Numbered from the whole stretch's first letter, positions 14,456-28,383 are shown. The stretch is 62,895 nt of DNA, filler included, from Octopus bimaculoides (GCF_001194135.2; 5 parts of 5 records of this genome joined end to end with filler, not necessarily neighbours in it); one strand, 5' to 3'. Notes: a model not told the origin generated them from the letters alone. Program-made: numbers and translations.

Positions 14456-14751
14456 TTGGTTTCTTCCTTTCCTGGTCTTTGATCATCCTTAAGTGTCCAA
14501 ACCCTTGTCTTCTCATATCATGACAAGCTTCAACACTTAATAACCACTAGAAAACCTGAAGGAATGAAATGAGTAGCTATCACATATTCATGGAGGTTCT
14601 GGGAGTGGCGTCAGTGAACTCGAACAAGGGGGACAAGATCGGAGAGCGATAATAAATATTCTTGTTTTATTTCGAATGACGCTCATATAGCAGAATGCAT
14701 GGTTTGCAATGTTGATATGCGTGCGTTATTATTTGTATTTTTTTGCCTCAG

Positions 14752-14828
14752 GTCAGACTTAGTTCAGAAAAAAACTGTCATCAAAGGGTTCTTAACAGTG
14801 ACTATCCCGTCTTTTATCCAAATATTGC
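14752..14828 (+). CDS. Candidate internal exon, unknown gene (VRLSSEKNCHQRVLNSDYPVFYPNI)
   Basis: Strong acceptor (tttgtattttttttgcctcag), open frame, weak donor GC|GTATAG; phase 0 to 2 fits the 16723 exon. Confidence 0.3.
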
Positions 14829-16378
14829 GTATAGATGTATCAATATCTCGTATATTGTGTATCTACCATTATATATTCCGCTTTATCTATATATTCCACT
14901 ATATATATATATACAACCACATCTACCACTATATATTATGTATCTACCACTGTATGATATCTTGTATACAATTTATTTAATGTATTTTAAACTATATAGT
15001 ATCATCTATATGGTGTATCTAGGACCATTGTATACCTAGGAATTTAAGGCAACAGTGGGTGGTTTCAGTCAGATATAGCTAGCATTTCTAACATATTAGG
15101 CAATCAGTTAAAGTCTTCCTTGCTGGCTACAGGTATCGTTATTTCATCCAAAACCATAATATGCTAATATCTAATTTAAAGAATATTTGGGTGTTTTTTT
15201 TTTTGTGTAGAGTGAGTGGCCAGTTAGGGATTTCATTGGTAGATTATTAAGTGTTGTCATCTTTGTAATTATAAATACGGCAACGGACTGAGAGAACCGT
15301 TGAAACAAAGTGCATAGCGACATTTCTTCCAACTTATTTACATTCTGAGTCCAAACTCCACCTTTGCTCCTTATCCTTTCGGAGACGATAAATTAAGTAG
15401 AGTCGGAGCCCTAGGTTCAATACATTCAATTCGCAACTCTCTTTAAAATTGCTGGGCTTGTCACCAATTTTTTTTTTTTTTTTTTTTGGTAAATATAAGT
15501 TAGTATATTAACAATGCTATTTGGACATAAGTAACTGCTTTTTTCCTGCTATTGCTGATGTTATTGTCGATTTTACGCTAGCGTCTCTCCCTATTGGGAG
15601 TTTTATTTGTTATATCTTTCTCTGATTTTCCCACTGTTTACACGAACGTTTTCTTTTCGGACAAAACCCTTTGTAACCTTCGTACTGTCTTTGTCCTTAC
15701 GTGTTTTTAATTTATATTAGCCCTTGTGGCCAATAAAACCAGAATCAATTATTATTATTATTATTATTATTATTGTTGTTGTTGTTGTTGTTGCTGTTGC
15801 TGTTGTTGTTGTTGTTGTTGTTGTTGGGGTTATTATAAGTATTATTGATGTTACTTTTACTATAGTGATTTTGATAACTGTCGGAACTATGCTACTTGGT
15901 TTGATGACGGCGACAGCAATGGTGATGACGAGGACGATGACAAGAAAGACGATAATGATGATGACGATGATTAGGATGTTGTTGCGTCTGGCCCGCATTG
16001 CATGACCACAATGACAACATGACAATATGGTCAAAGAGCAGGAAATGGCTGTCAAGGGACAACCTCTACTTAAACTTGTAGAGGCCATATACACCAGAAT
16101 GTTAGAATACATAAGAGTTAATTATACATACACACACACACATACACAAAAACACACATATACACACATTCACACACATGTACACACATTCACACACATG
16201 TACACACGCACACATATAAACCCACATGTGCACATATATACATACATTCATTGATATATACGTATGTACATGTACGTAGATATGTAGAGACCTACACAAA
16301 CATACGTACATACGTAGGTGTACATCTGTGCATATATTTGTATATATGTGTGTGTGTGTGTGTGCATATATATATATA

Positions 16379-16441
<63 letters not shown>

Positions 16442-16722
16442 ATTATATATGTATAAATATATATGTATACAACACTTAGTACACATACACATATGCATAA
16501 CGTATAAACAGTGACTTGTTCCTTTGCATATCCACGAACGCAACCGCACAATCGCTGACATTGAAACATATAAATGTGGGTGTGTGTGTGCGTGTGTGTG
16601 TGTGTGTATATGTGTGTGCGCGCGCGTGTATTGTGCGTATTTTGCTAACTTCATAATAAGGAGTCTCCCTCCACACCTGCTGTCTGTCATAAGCTCGTCT
16701 GGGTTTTCTTTTCTGTCTGTAG

Positions 16723-16823
16723 AGAAGTGTATCCTAGAGATGTAGACGAAATACTTTGCTTGCCTCCTAAAATCGACTACACCAACACTTCCAGGAGAAT
16801 CCTATGTATATCTGGGAACGAAG
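16723..16823 (+). CDS. Candidate exon, unknown gene (EVYPRDVDEILCLPPKIDYTNTSRRILCISGNE)
   Basis: Acceptor ttttcttttctgtctgtag, donor AAG|GTATGC, non-repetitive open frame (phase 2 to 1). The frame also reads through the donor to a stop near 16900. Confidence 0.45.
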
Positions 16824-17626
16824 GTATGCCTCAAGAAGCTCAAGTCAGAAAAACTGCGGATGTGTTGAAATGTAGTATGATAACCTGGGAGGATGAAATT
16901 TAAAAAAATTAATGTAGCTTTCCTCCTAGATGGAACTCAGTTGATCAAATCTTTACACTCTGAAGTTTTCGCTAGAAATCATGATCTGTGTTGTTAATAG
17001 AAGATAAGCATGCTTGTGAATTTTGAAAAGGTATATGAACCCGGGTCATGGAACGTAATTTGGAGATTTAGCGGAAACTTGAGGCAGCTTGTTATCTGTA
17101 CAGATGCCCTTGTGTTTAAGTTCGGGTAAATAGTGATAAACCGAAGCATTTTAACATATGTTCTGGAATTCACCTGTATTTTTTCGTATATTCTTTCTAT
17201 AACATTTATGTGCTAGATTGACATGCCTAACTGGCTGGAAGTGTGATAAGAGCCGATGAGTGTGGAATCAGCCGGCTTGCATGTACAGACGACATGATAC
17301 GACGTTGCTCGCCACAAAGTAACCTTCAGCATGGACTACATAGGTTCACTGGAATGATAATCTGTATTGCGAAACCTGAGACATCAGTCCTCTCGAAAAC
17401 CCTGGCCAGTGTGTTTTGCACGTTAATAGAAATATACTAAAGCACGTTAAGATCATCACTAGAAAGGCGCTGGTTAAACAATAATAATGTTTAATGTTTA
17501 TTCGATGAATAATGAGTTCTTGTAGTTATGGTCATTAATCTTTAGTGAGCAAAAGAGTTTGATCACAAGCAACCGGTATAGGGTCAACTAAAACAGTCAT
17601 TGCAGTATCATTATTCAATGGATGCA

Positions 17627-17828
17627 GACGCGAGCTGGCAGGGTCGTTAGCGCGCCGGGCAAAATAAGTATTTGGCCCGTTGCTCTGTTCTGAGTTCAAA
17701 ATCCTCCGAGGTCGACCTTGCCTTTCATCCTTTCGGGGTCGATAAATTAAGTACCACCAGCGTACTAGGGTCGATATAATCTACTGGCTCCCTCCCTCGA
17801 AACTTCAGACCTTGTGCCTATAGCAGAA

Positions 17829-17830
<2 letters not shown>
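17627..17830 (+). mobile_element. SINE family B copy
   Basis: Colinear with 9410-9638 through the conserved core. Confidence 0.85.
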
Positions 17831-17881
<51 letters not shown>

Positions 17882-17976
17882 CATCATCATCATTCTTCTT
17901 CTTCTTCTTCTTCTTCTTCTTCTTCTTCTTCTTCTTCTTCTTCTTCTTCTTCTTCTTCTTCTTCTTCTTCTACTTC

Positions 17977-18043
<67 letters not shown>

Positions 18044-18060
18044 ATCATTATTATTATTGT
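17829..18060. repeat. Compound trinucleotide microsatellite (ATT)n-(CAT)n-(CTT)n-(ATT)n
   Basis: Seen directly; source of the poly-I/poly-L ORF 17814-18071. Confidence 0.95.
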
Positions 18061-18094
18061 TGTGGTTGTGATTATTATTTGGTGTAAACTCTTA

Positions 18095-19130
18095 GCTTAT
18101 GTTGCTGCGTATGATAGAAAGTGTCAGCTGTCCACAGTCAGCAGACTAAGGTGACATTTACTGTCATGCTTCAAGAATTCTGCGAAGAATTCTCGCAGCT
18201 CCAAGCAATGCTGATTTTTGTAGGTCTTCTAGCCTTGCATTTGTAACAATCTTTTTGATAGCTGAGAGCTGATTCTTCCAAGGGCAACATTTACTATTAG
18301 TATCACGTCTACTGTCCTCATTGACCACAAACGTCGTATTTCCCATTTCAATTCGTCGTAGTTGTTCAGTTTTTCTTCTTTCTCTTTGATCCTGTTGTCA
18401 CCGGGACATGCTATGTCGATTATCATGCAAGCTCTGCCTTTTTTATTCACCACAACAATGTTCAGTTTCTGATGACTAGTCAGGTGATCGCAATAAATCA
18501 TTGCGTCTCATATGATTTTGTAATCGTCATTCTCGGTGACTCCTTCTGGGGTTTTCTCATACCACGTCTTTGCCCTTTGTAGGCCGTGATTTCCTCGGAG
18601 CTCCCAATGAAGCATTCTTGCTAAGTTGTCATATCGTCTTTTGTAATCACATTGTACCAATTTCGGACATTCGGTAACGTTGTGCAATAACCGTTTCACC
18701 CCTCTTACTACACATTTTGCATTTGTCGCTGTCGGTAGTATTGTCAATTCAGCACTTCACATAGTTAGTCCTTAACGATTGTTCTTGTGCTGCGCATATA
18801 AGTGCTTATGTCTCTGTCTTCAGGTCCCTCATTATCATCCATAGCCACCGGTCTTCGTATATGTCTTGTCTCTTGCAAACTGACCATACATTTTTTTCTT
18901 CTTCCATGCTGTTTATTTTTCTTGTGTCCTTTTCCTTATAAGTTTTTCCTTCTTTACACAATTATCACTTTTGATGACGCCACACTTCTTCACGTGTTTC
19001 AACAATGGTTCCACGCTATATTTTACACACCACCACATTTCGGATCTTATTATCTATATACAATATTCGATCTACACAGCTATATTCTTCTATATAAAGC
19101 ACTGATTTAGTTCCTGTTCAACATTCGTTT
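18095..19130 (-). mobile_element. Second R4/Dong-like RLE non-LTR family, 5'-truncated and decayed
   Basis: KKMYGQFARD...ALICAAQEQSLRTNY...KCKMC (zinc knuckle)...CPKLVQCDYKRRYD...IIDIACPGDNRIKEKEEKLNNY...LQKSALLGAARILRRILEA; 3' end runs into (TAA)n on the minus strand. Confidence 0.85.
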
Positions 19131-19844
19131 CAGTAAATTATAAAATTCTTCTATAAAATAATTTTTTTTTTACCCTACCATTCTCTTGGATAATATCGAT
19201 GATGGTATGCAACGAGGGCATAACATTCACGCCTAAATGGTTTCCGTGATCCTCTACAGAAATCTTTACCAGAATTGTACCACTGACATAACTGACCGTC
19301 GGGATGATACTGTCAAAGACAGATAAAAGTAAAAGTGGTGAAAAAAACAAAGAAGGAACAATTTACCGAAGAATTCCTCTCTAGTTTAAAGATAAGGAAA
19401 TGGCATATTGTAACATATATTTGTTAAAAAAATCAACACACATTAAAGCATGCGGGAAGGCAAAATTCATACCGTTTAGTTGCGAATACAGAAAATAGAG
19501 CGAGGAATATCAAATTCGTATGGCACATTCATATGTTGTTTCTTTTCACGCCCACCACCACTCCGGTCTAATGGAAACTACACCTGATTAGTTTAAGGTG
19601 TTTGCATGTGTATTTACATGAAACCTTACATAGCATAGAGACATATTTATTGGATTCTTTACGGATCCAATGAAAATTCGTTGAAAGTCAGATCTGTGTT
19701 GATACATTTGTATTTGTGTTTGATACTTTTAGTTATCATTAACACATCAATGATTAAGAGAGGATTAGCGAGAATTTTCAACACTTAGTTTTGTCTTATA
19801 ATCTGCAAAAATATTCTGAGTACTGTCAAAGAATAAAGAGCACA

Positions 19845-19877
<33 letters not shown>

Positions 19878-20885
19878 GGCGCACACACACACACACGAAG
19901 AAGAAAAAGAAAATGGTAGCAACGCAAACAAAACAAAACAAAACAACAACAACTACAGAACAAGAGCAAAAACTAACAAAACCAATAGAAATATGAGCAG
20001 CAACAATAAAAACAACACAACATTAATTATACCACCACCACAACCACCACCGCAACTTCAACCAGCATTTCCACCACCACCACCACCACCATCATCATCA
20101 TCATTGTTGTTGCTTACATCAACGTCAGCGATGTAAACGATAATTATGTTCCTGTTACCCACCAGCATCGCCATTTCGATGACGAACACCTCCATTTCGA
20201 TGACGAACATACACCACCGGCTTGCCAAATCTTCATTATCGCTGCTAACACCGTCGTCATCATCTGCAGCGTGTTGCCTTCGCAGTAGTGTTCTTCGACG
20301 GTGTCGTCACAAACATCATCATTGTCTTTGTCACCTGCGAAAACAATATTATCAACAACATTATTAAATACGTCATCACTGTCATCCCCAAAATCAAAAA
20401 CCATCATTATCTCTAAGTACATCACCATCATCATCGTTATCACGAACAGCAGCAGGAATAGCAACTTCAACAGCTTTACAACCGCGACATTAATAACAAC
20501 ACCAGCAACCAGAATATCAACGGCACAAAGAATGACTTGCATTTTGGTAAAAATAAGGAATATCATGACATGGAGATTATGGAATTATCGCAATCTCTAT
20601 GGAAAATTCCAATCTATGCCACGAGTAAAAGATAAGAAATGGCAAAAGAATAAAGAACGTGTACTTGTATGAAGGAAATCAAAAGTTTGTCTAAACATGA
20701 CATGCTACTACATCACAAACAAATCCGAGAATATAAGGAAAACTGTTTAAAGTTACATACACATACACACAACCCATATGAAGGTATGTTTGTACGTAGG
20801 CATGTTTGTACGTATGTATGTATATATATATGTGTGTGTATATATATATATATGCATGTATGTATATGTATGTAGACACACAAAC

Positions 20886-20934
<49 letters not shown>

Positions 20935-21672
20935 TATATAGCTATCAAGCGAAGGAAGACAACTCGTCCGGCCATAATTTTTTCAGAGGATTTTTTCTTG
21001 AACTACCACTGGCGTTCTTGTGTTAAAAAAAAAACACATTCTTTGCAGAGAACAGATATCGTTTAGAGAAACTGAAGATATGTCTAGTTCACGCTAGATA
21101 TGAAACCAATGTTTTTTTTTCTAAAGCTTTANNNNNNNNNNNNNNNNNNNNNNNNNNNNNNNNNNNNNNNNNNNNNNNNNNNNNNNNNNNNNNNNNNNNN
21201 NNNNNNNNNNNNNNNNNNNNNNNNNNNNNNNNNNNNNNNNNNNNNNNNNNNNNNNNNNNNNNNNNNNNNNNNNNNNNNNNNNNNNNNNNNNNNNNNNNNN
21301 NNNNNNNNNNNNNNNNNNNNNNNNNNNNNNNNNNNNNNNNNNNNNNNNNNNNNNNNNNNNNNNNNNNNNNNNNNNNNNNNNNNNNNNNNNNNNNNNNNNN
21401 NNNNNNNNNNNNNNNNNNNNNNNNNNNNNNNNNNNNNNNNNNNNNNNNNNNNNNNNNNNNNNNNNNNNNNNNNNNNNNNNNNNNNNNNNNNNNNNNNNNN
21501 NNNNNNNNNNNNNNNNNNNNNNNNNNNNNNNNNNNNNNNNNNNNNNNNNNNNNNNNNNNNNNNNNNNNTATATATATGTATATATATATATATATCACAC
21601 TACAAAAGAAAATAGATTGACCATATCGTCAGAAATGTGAACTTTAAACGGATTTTGTTATTTCTTCTACAG

Positions 21673-21762
21673 TTTAGCTGCGACCAAACAGATGACGAGC
21701 TGCACATTACAATTTACTCAGACAATATTGAATACGGCTTGCCGAGACGACGACCGCCATGA
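21673..21762 (+). CDS. Candidate terminal exon (FSCDQTDDELHITIYSDNIEYGLPRRRPP*)
   Basis: Strong acceptor ttttgttatttcttctacag, stop at 21760-21762, AATAAA at 21883-21888; frame ambiguous. Confidence 0.3.
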   Translation, partial: FSCDQTDDELHITIYSDNIEYGLPRRRPP

Positions 21763-22129
21763 TGTCTAATCGGGTTTGGTGGTCTTCCACAGAAATTTTT
21801 AACAGAACTGTGATGTGAGGCTGGTATAACTAACCATCGCAATAACAGTGCCAACGCTAATCCGAGTACCACTTCTAAATGAAATAAAAATTTAAAATAT
21901 ATGAATTTTTACGCATCTATGTATGTGTGGACAGTGTGTAATTAAGTAATAAATTGAACTACATTCACGTTATTAGTTAAATATTTCACATCTGCGCTAT
22001 ATGTGTTTGGATGCTGTTTGTGTCCCTGTGGGTACATGATGTGAGCTTATCTGCGTTTCACTATGTATGTGTACGCGACTGAGTGTACATGAACTATCCA
22101 TCTATCCGTAACTCTACCTACCTACCTAC

Positions 22130-22189
<60 letters not shown>

Positions 22190-22298
22190 ATATCTATCTA
22201 TTTATCTATCCATCTATCTATCTATCTACCTACCTGTCTGCCTATCTATCATCTCTATCTCTCTCTTTCTCTCTCTCTCTCGCTCTCTTTCTCTCTCC

Positions 22299-22360
<62 letters not shown>

Positions 22361-23179
22361 GTAAATTTATATACATATATGCCTATATCAATCAATATAT
22401 AAGTGAAATATATACATATATACGTATGTATGCGTGTGTGAGTGTATGTGTGTGTGTGAGTGTGTATGCGTGTGTGTATCAACGTAAGCATTTAAGGAAC
22501 TTAAAAAGAAGACATGAAAACCCTACGGGGAACGAATGTGTGAGCGCCCAAATACAGAAACATATACGAAGACACACACACATACACACAGCGACATCCA
22601 CAGACACAAACACCTACGCATATACACACACATAGACACAAATCACATAGAGACATACACAAGCAAGTAGGTGTTTATAGAAAAAAAGCAGCAAATGGGT
22701 TGTTTATATATAAAAAAGAATCCATCTAAGTATGAAGTGTAAATGGAGATTGCAGGGGAAATATCTTTTAGATTTCACACATATATATACTTATGTGCGT
22801 GCGTGTGTGTGTGTGCGTGTGCGCACACGCATATGTACACATACATACATACATACATACATACACACATACATACATACATACATACACACATACATAT
22901 ATGTATATATATATTCATGTATGTATGTATGTATGTATGTATATATGTAATACACAGCGATGTGGTGTGACTGTGGCTCTACCTTATATTTTCCATCTTT
23001 CACCCCAGAAAACTTAATCATAAGGAAACTGCGTTGTTTTGCCTACGTGCTTACCAATACGCACATATACACCCATGCACATAAAGATAGATGTATACGT
23101 AATTATATGTAAATACATGTATATATATACATGCATATATATACATATATATATATATACATATATATACATACATACA

Positions 23180-23228
<49 letters not shown>

Positions 23229-23820
23229 GCAAACACACGTACACACATATATTATGTAGATATGCATGTATATGTAGATGCATACATATGATGTCAGAAA
23301 TTCGCTTCCCAGCACTCTCCGTTTACACTTCTACTTAGATAAATTCTGTTATATTTTTTCCTTTATAAACACTGCATTTCAGACAACCATAATATGGAAA
23401 AAAAAAACACAAATAAAATCAAACTTCATTACACACACTAACACACACACGGACTTACACACAAACATACAAACACACTTACACACACACACACACACTC
23501 GCACGCACACACATCTGCAAATACGTAAAGCGAATAGAAGAAATTCTGAGAAGCAAGCGAAAACAACAATAATACAAACAACATCTAAATAGGATTTTAA
23601 ATGACAGTTCAGAATAAAAAAATGGCGACTTGCCTCTGTAGGGTAGATGTGTGTGTTGATTGATTGAAATGTAAGAAATTGAAGTGACAAGAATATACGA
23701 GATGAAAATTAAATAGCTAGAGACGATAGTAATAAACTCTATATTTTTATGGTGAAATTATATAATTGGTGGTTGTAACAAACTATATTGCTCAGCCTTG
23801 TGTATGTGCATTTATATATA

Positions 23821-23920
23821 NNNNNNNNNNNNNNNNNNNNNNNNNNNNNNNNNNNNNNNNNNNNTTAATTAATTAANNNNNNNNNNNNNNNNNNNNNNNN
23901 NNNNNNNNNNNNNNNNNNNN
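23821..23920. other. 100-bp scaffold gap with TTAATTAATTAA spacer
   Basis: Seen directly. Confidence 0.95.
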
Positions 23921-23939
23921 ATATATATACATATATATG

Positions 23940-24090
23940 ATGGGCTTCTTTCAGTTTCCATCTACGAAATCCACTCACAAGGCTTTGGTCGGCCCGAGGC
24001 TATAGTAGAAGACACTTGCCCAAGGTGCCACGCAGTGGGACTAATCCATGTGGTTGGGAAGTAAGCTTCATACCACACAACCACACCTAT
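23940..24090 (-). mobile_element. tRNA-derived SINE family A head
   Basis: Reverse complement of ...gcaccttgggcaagtgtcttctactatagcctcgggccgaccaaagccttgtgagtggatt..., matching 32399 and 62175. Confidence 0.9.
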
Positions 24091-24130
24091 AAATGTTATA
24101 CAATATCTTCTATGTTCTTTACATTATATA

Positions 24131-24260
24131 TGTGCGTGAATGTGCAAGTGTATTTGTGTGCGTGAATGTGCAAGTGTATTTGTGTGCGTGAATGTGCAAG
24201 TGTATTTGTGTGCGTGAATGTGCAAGTGTATTTATGTGTGTGAATGTGCACGTGTATTTT
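24131..24260. repeat. Minisatellite, 26-bp unit x5 (tgtgcgtgaatgtgcaagtgtatttg)
   Basis: Three exact and two diverged tandem units. Confidence 0.9.
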
Positions 24261-24959
24261 TGTGTGTGTGTGTACACACTACACACTGAAAGAGACACAG
24301 AGGTGGATATAAGATGGTGTGTACGGGTTGAAGGAGCATTACACATGTACTTTGACACATTGACAGGTATACATCATTTGTTTATGACAAAATGCTAAAA
24401 TATTCTTTCTACCTTTAGTAGTAGGAAGGAGGCAGGAGGAGGGACAGAGGAGGAGGAAGAGGCAGCAGTCCTTATCCAATATCTTCAGCACTGTCTCATT
24501 TTGTACCCTCCTGAATTATGCCCTCTGACTTTCAATGCTCTCAGCAGGCATTGCTTCATTACAACTTTTCTCATCATTCAACATCGTTATTACATATATT
24601 TCAAAACATGTTTTTTTGACTGACAGATGTTTTTCACAACATTTATTACTTTTAATTCAAACACACACACACACAAATGTATGTATATGTATCCATTCAT
24701 GCATATGTATCCATTCACTCACACAGTAACATGCATACAAAATATATGTGCAGATACATATATTAAGGAACAAATACATACATTCACATACACAAATGTG
24801 TGCAGGTACCACATAGATATGTGCTCAGGCAGTAACACTCATACATATATATACATACAAATATAAAAATGTGCAGATATATACATGTGCAAATGCATAT
24901 AACTTAGGCATTGTGAGATCCATAAGCTCCCTTTTGTGTGGACAATGTGCCATATTACA

Positions 24960-25570
24960 TCTCACTCTTATTTAAATGATCCCCATTTGAGGTCTTCATG
25001 TGTCCACACCAGGGTGTTCATGGATTAACACTTTTTCCATTTTCATTCTTGAAGTAACCATGTCATTGCAGTCTTTGCCTGACAATTTGCACAAAATGTA
25101 ATTTTTGCCTTATCACATTTTGCAGTAGCTGGGATCTGCCTTAGAATAATATTTCCTCATTTGCAATTCTATCTTTGAGGAACTTCTGTAGATGTCATTA
25201 GTGGAATGTGTCTAGCTTCTTGGCCACTTCCATCAACATTTTCCAGACTTCATTGCCAAACAAAACTGCTGAGAGAATTAATCCATTATATAACTGAACC
25301 TTCATGTCAGTACTGGTGCCTGTTGTTGCCTAGATTTATCAATTCAACCGTTCACATAACTAGCTATGCTTCCATTACTACTGATTACTCTGCCATGGTA
25401 CGAGAAATTGCCATTGCTTTGATGAAGTTGAACAGTTGAGTTGTGGCATTAATCTGCATTACTTTGGTCTTTCCGCAGCTAATTATGAACTTGATCTTCC
25501 CTGCTCTCATTTCTACCAGCAATACAATATCATCAGCAAAGGCTAGGATCACCATATCTTTCTACTTTGC
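24960..25570 (-). mobile_element. Old RTE-type LINE RT remnant
   Basis: Minus strand reads ILAFADDIVLL...KTKVMQIN (YADD-equivalent region). Confidence 0.65.
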
Positions 25571-25599
25571 CCCACCCCTACCCAAACCACCACTATAAT

Positions 25600-25950
25600 C
25601 CTACAATACTTGCATTGTTAGCCTCTTCATACAAGTTTACATACTAAATGTAAATGTAGACAATATTGATAAGGATGAGTTTTATTAACAGTTCTAAACC
25701 CCAATCAGTAACATTTCTAATCATGATGTCAAGTTGTTTATTGGTGACTTCAATGCATAGATCAGTAGTAGTAACCAGTAAAGCAGCCAACCATGTCACT
25801 GAGCCACATGGATGGTTGCAATGAGACCAGTGAAAATAGAGAATGTTTGGATACTGCTGTGAAATGTGAACAGCTGCCACATTGGTAGCATTTATTTTTG
25901 TGCACCAAACGATTCATAAAATGTCATGGCAATCATTAGATGACACACTG
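25600..25950 (+). mobile_element. Old RTE-type AP-endonuclease remnant
   Basis: DIDKDEFY...HDVKLFIGDFNA matches the LINE EN motif GDFNA. Confidence 0.65.
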
Positions 25951-25997
25951 AAGATACATATATAAGTGTAGATACAAACAAGAGTGTGTGCCAATAC

Positions 25998-26045
<48 letters not shown>

Positions 26046-27153
26046 GTGCAGATACATATGTATGCAGAACCTATACATTTGGGCACAAATACATGCATAC
26101 ATGTCTACATAGTTGCTGTCTAAATTCCAAAGAAAATACCCGGCTTCCGGTTTGTAAGCTTACTCACATTATTGATGAGAAATTTTAAGAACATAATTAC
26201 AGTGTGCATGCAGACACGTGTGTGTGTGCATATACACATAGTTGCTTGACCTAGAAAGAGCAGCCAAATTTCTCTCATATTACTCTCTTCTACTGTCTTA
26301 AAAATGTGGGAACAAAACGTGAGAATTTATGAATATACAGAACGTTCAAGGTTAAGACTTCAATACTTCTCTTAATTGAGGTGCTCATCAAAGATTCACT
26401 TGTAGTTAATCAACAACCACACTGACTATAAATTCTGAATGATTGACATTATTTTTAAATAACCAAAATTAAAAATAATTATCTGTTAAAGGGACTAGAG
26501 CTTTGAATTAGAGATTGAAGATTATCAAGAACTTTTGAATTTGTATAAGGCCAAATTTTGTAAGGAAGCAAACAATTTTTTTTTTTTATAGCAACATTCA
26601 CAACACTTTTCAGAGCCTCCAAGACTGTTGAGCAGAAAGCAAATGTTTCCTCAAACTGACCCTGGTTTGAATTCTTGCAACAGAGTGAATTTCACCCACA
26701 ACACCCAATGGCCATGCAATTGTGTTAAACTGGGGCAACAGATTAAGTCTACCACCTCAAAAACAGAAGCAATGTTTATGATGAACTTCTATTTATAATT
26801 TCCATTACCAAATTCCATTCACACAGCTTTGGTCAGCTCAAGGCTATGATTGAAGACATTTGACAAAGGTGCCACACAGTGGGACTGACCCCAGAAACAC
26901 AGTCATCATTATTTTCTTGTTCACATGGATCAGACGGAATTTTTTAAAGTGGATTTTCTACAGCCAGATGCTCTTCCTGCTACAAACCCTCACCTGTTTC
27001 CATGTAAGGTAATATTTTGCCATGAATGACATATTTTCATGGATGATCGGAAACAAAGGATACCACTAGAATGGTGATGACGTGATGTCAAGCCAAGAAG
27101 ACACAAACATAGACTCATGCACATATACATACATACAATTACAAACACATATA

Positions 27154-27370
27154 TGAGGTGATACTGAAAAGTTCCTGGCTTTGGGTAAAAGAAAATAGAG
27201 GAGGATCAGTTAATTATGATTTTAGTCAACATATTCCCCTCTCAGATTCACACACTTATTGCAGTGGTCCTTCAGTTTTTCTAAGCCCTGGAAAAGAACT
27301 CATATGGCTGGGACTCCAACCAGGTCTTTTGCAATATCCTTAAAGCCAGAAACTTTTTAGCGACCCCTCA
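27154..27370. mobile_element. Mariner-type MITE, 217 bp
   Basis: Imperfect ~30-bp TIRs (tgaggtgatactgaaaagttcctggcttt / aaagccagaaactttttagcgacccctca) flanked by TA on both sides. Confidence 0.8.
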
Positions 27371-27397
27371 TATATATTCATAAACACACACACATAA

Positions 27398-27530
27398 TGG
27401 GCTTCTTTCAGTTTCCCTCAACTAGATTCACTCACAGTGCTTTTATTCACCACCCAAGGTGCAAAGCAGTGAGACAAAATCCAGAACCATGCGGTTGGGA
27501 AGCAGACTTCTTAACCACATGGCCATGCTT
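27398..27530 (-). mobile_element. SINE family A head, degraded
   Basis: Reverse-complement match to family A with an internal deletion. Confidence 0.75.
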
Positions 27531-27751
27531 GCACACAATGAAATTCTTAACTGCACAGCCATGCTTGTGTCCTTAAAATCAATTTGGATGCATTTGATCA
27601 ATTCTAGAAGGATAAAAAGTAAAGTAGACTCACAAAATATCTGAATTCTGCACATGGGATAAAACTATGAAACAGCTGTATGTTGCATCATGAAGGACAT
27701 AGGCAATCAGGAATGACAAAATGCCAAGCTGAAAATATTGCTGCTACTTAC

Positions 27752-27771
27752 TGTTGGGAATGTGGGAGGAT
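27752..27771 (-). CDS. 20-nt micro-exon of unknown minus-strand gene ((D)PPTFPT)
   Basis: tctag|ATCCTCCCACATTCCCAACA|GTAAGT; phase 1 to 0 fits the preceding exon. Confidence 0.55.
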
Positions 27772-28336
27772 CTAGATTATAATTTGGAAATTTATTATAT
27801 TAGTGAATTATGGTGGTCAACAAAATGTTCACAGACTAGCAGTACAGCTTTGTACATCATCATCATCATTTAATGTCTGTTTTCCATGCTAGCATGGGTT
27901 GGACAGTTTGACAGGAGCTGGCCAGCCAGAGAGCTGCAACAGGCTCCGATTTCTACAGCTGGATACCCTTCTTAATGCCAACCACTTTACAGTGTTCTGG
28001 TTGCTTTTAACATGGCACCGGCACTGGTACTTTTACATGGCTTTTAAGTGGTACAGTTTTATTTTAAACATTAAGTTGCTTTTACAGTTAACAAATCCTA
28101 CAGTCTTTTTAAATTAATATTTGAAAGAATGTGTATGTATTTTACTGTCTCTACTATATTTTTATGTATTTGATACAAAAGTATGACTGCTTTGTAAGCA
28201 TATGTAGCAGAAGTTTCCACCCACTGTTGCAATCATTTCAGTACTGTGAGAAATTATGGAACAACAGAAGGTGATAGAGGCTTATTTTGATACCTTACTC
28301 TGTCTTATAATTTCTGTATTTAAATCCCATCATTAC

Positions 28337-28383
28337 CTGTCTTTGGATAACAATCCTGACTAGCACTCATGCAACATATGATT
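28337..28383 (-). CDS. 47-nt exon of unknown minus-strand gene (IICCMSASQDCYPKT)
   Basis: tttatttatttattggtctcaattgtag|...ACAG|GTAATG; only one frame is stop-free (phase 2 to 1). Confidence 0.55.

Noticed and set aside
20040-20672. S/T-rich and D/V-rich overlapping ORFs
   Set aside because: Degenerate (CAC/CAT/CAA)n low-complexity sequence with no splice signals or family motif.
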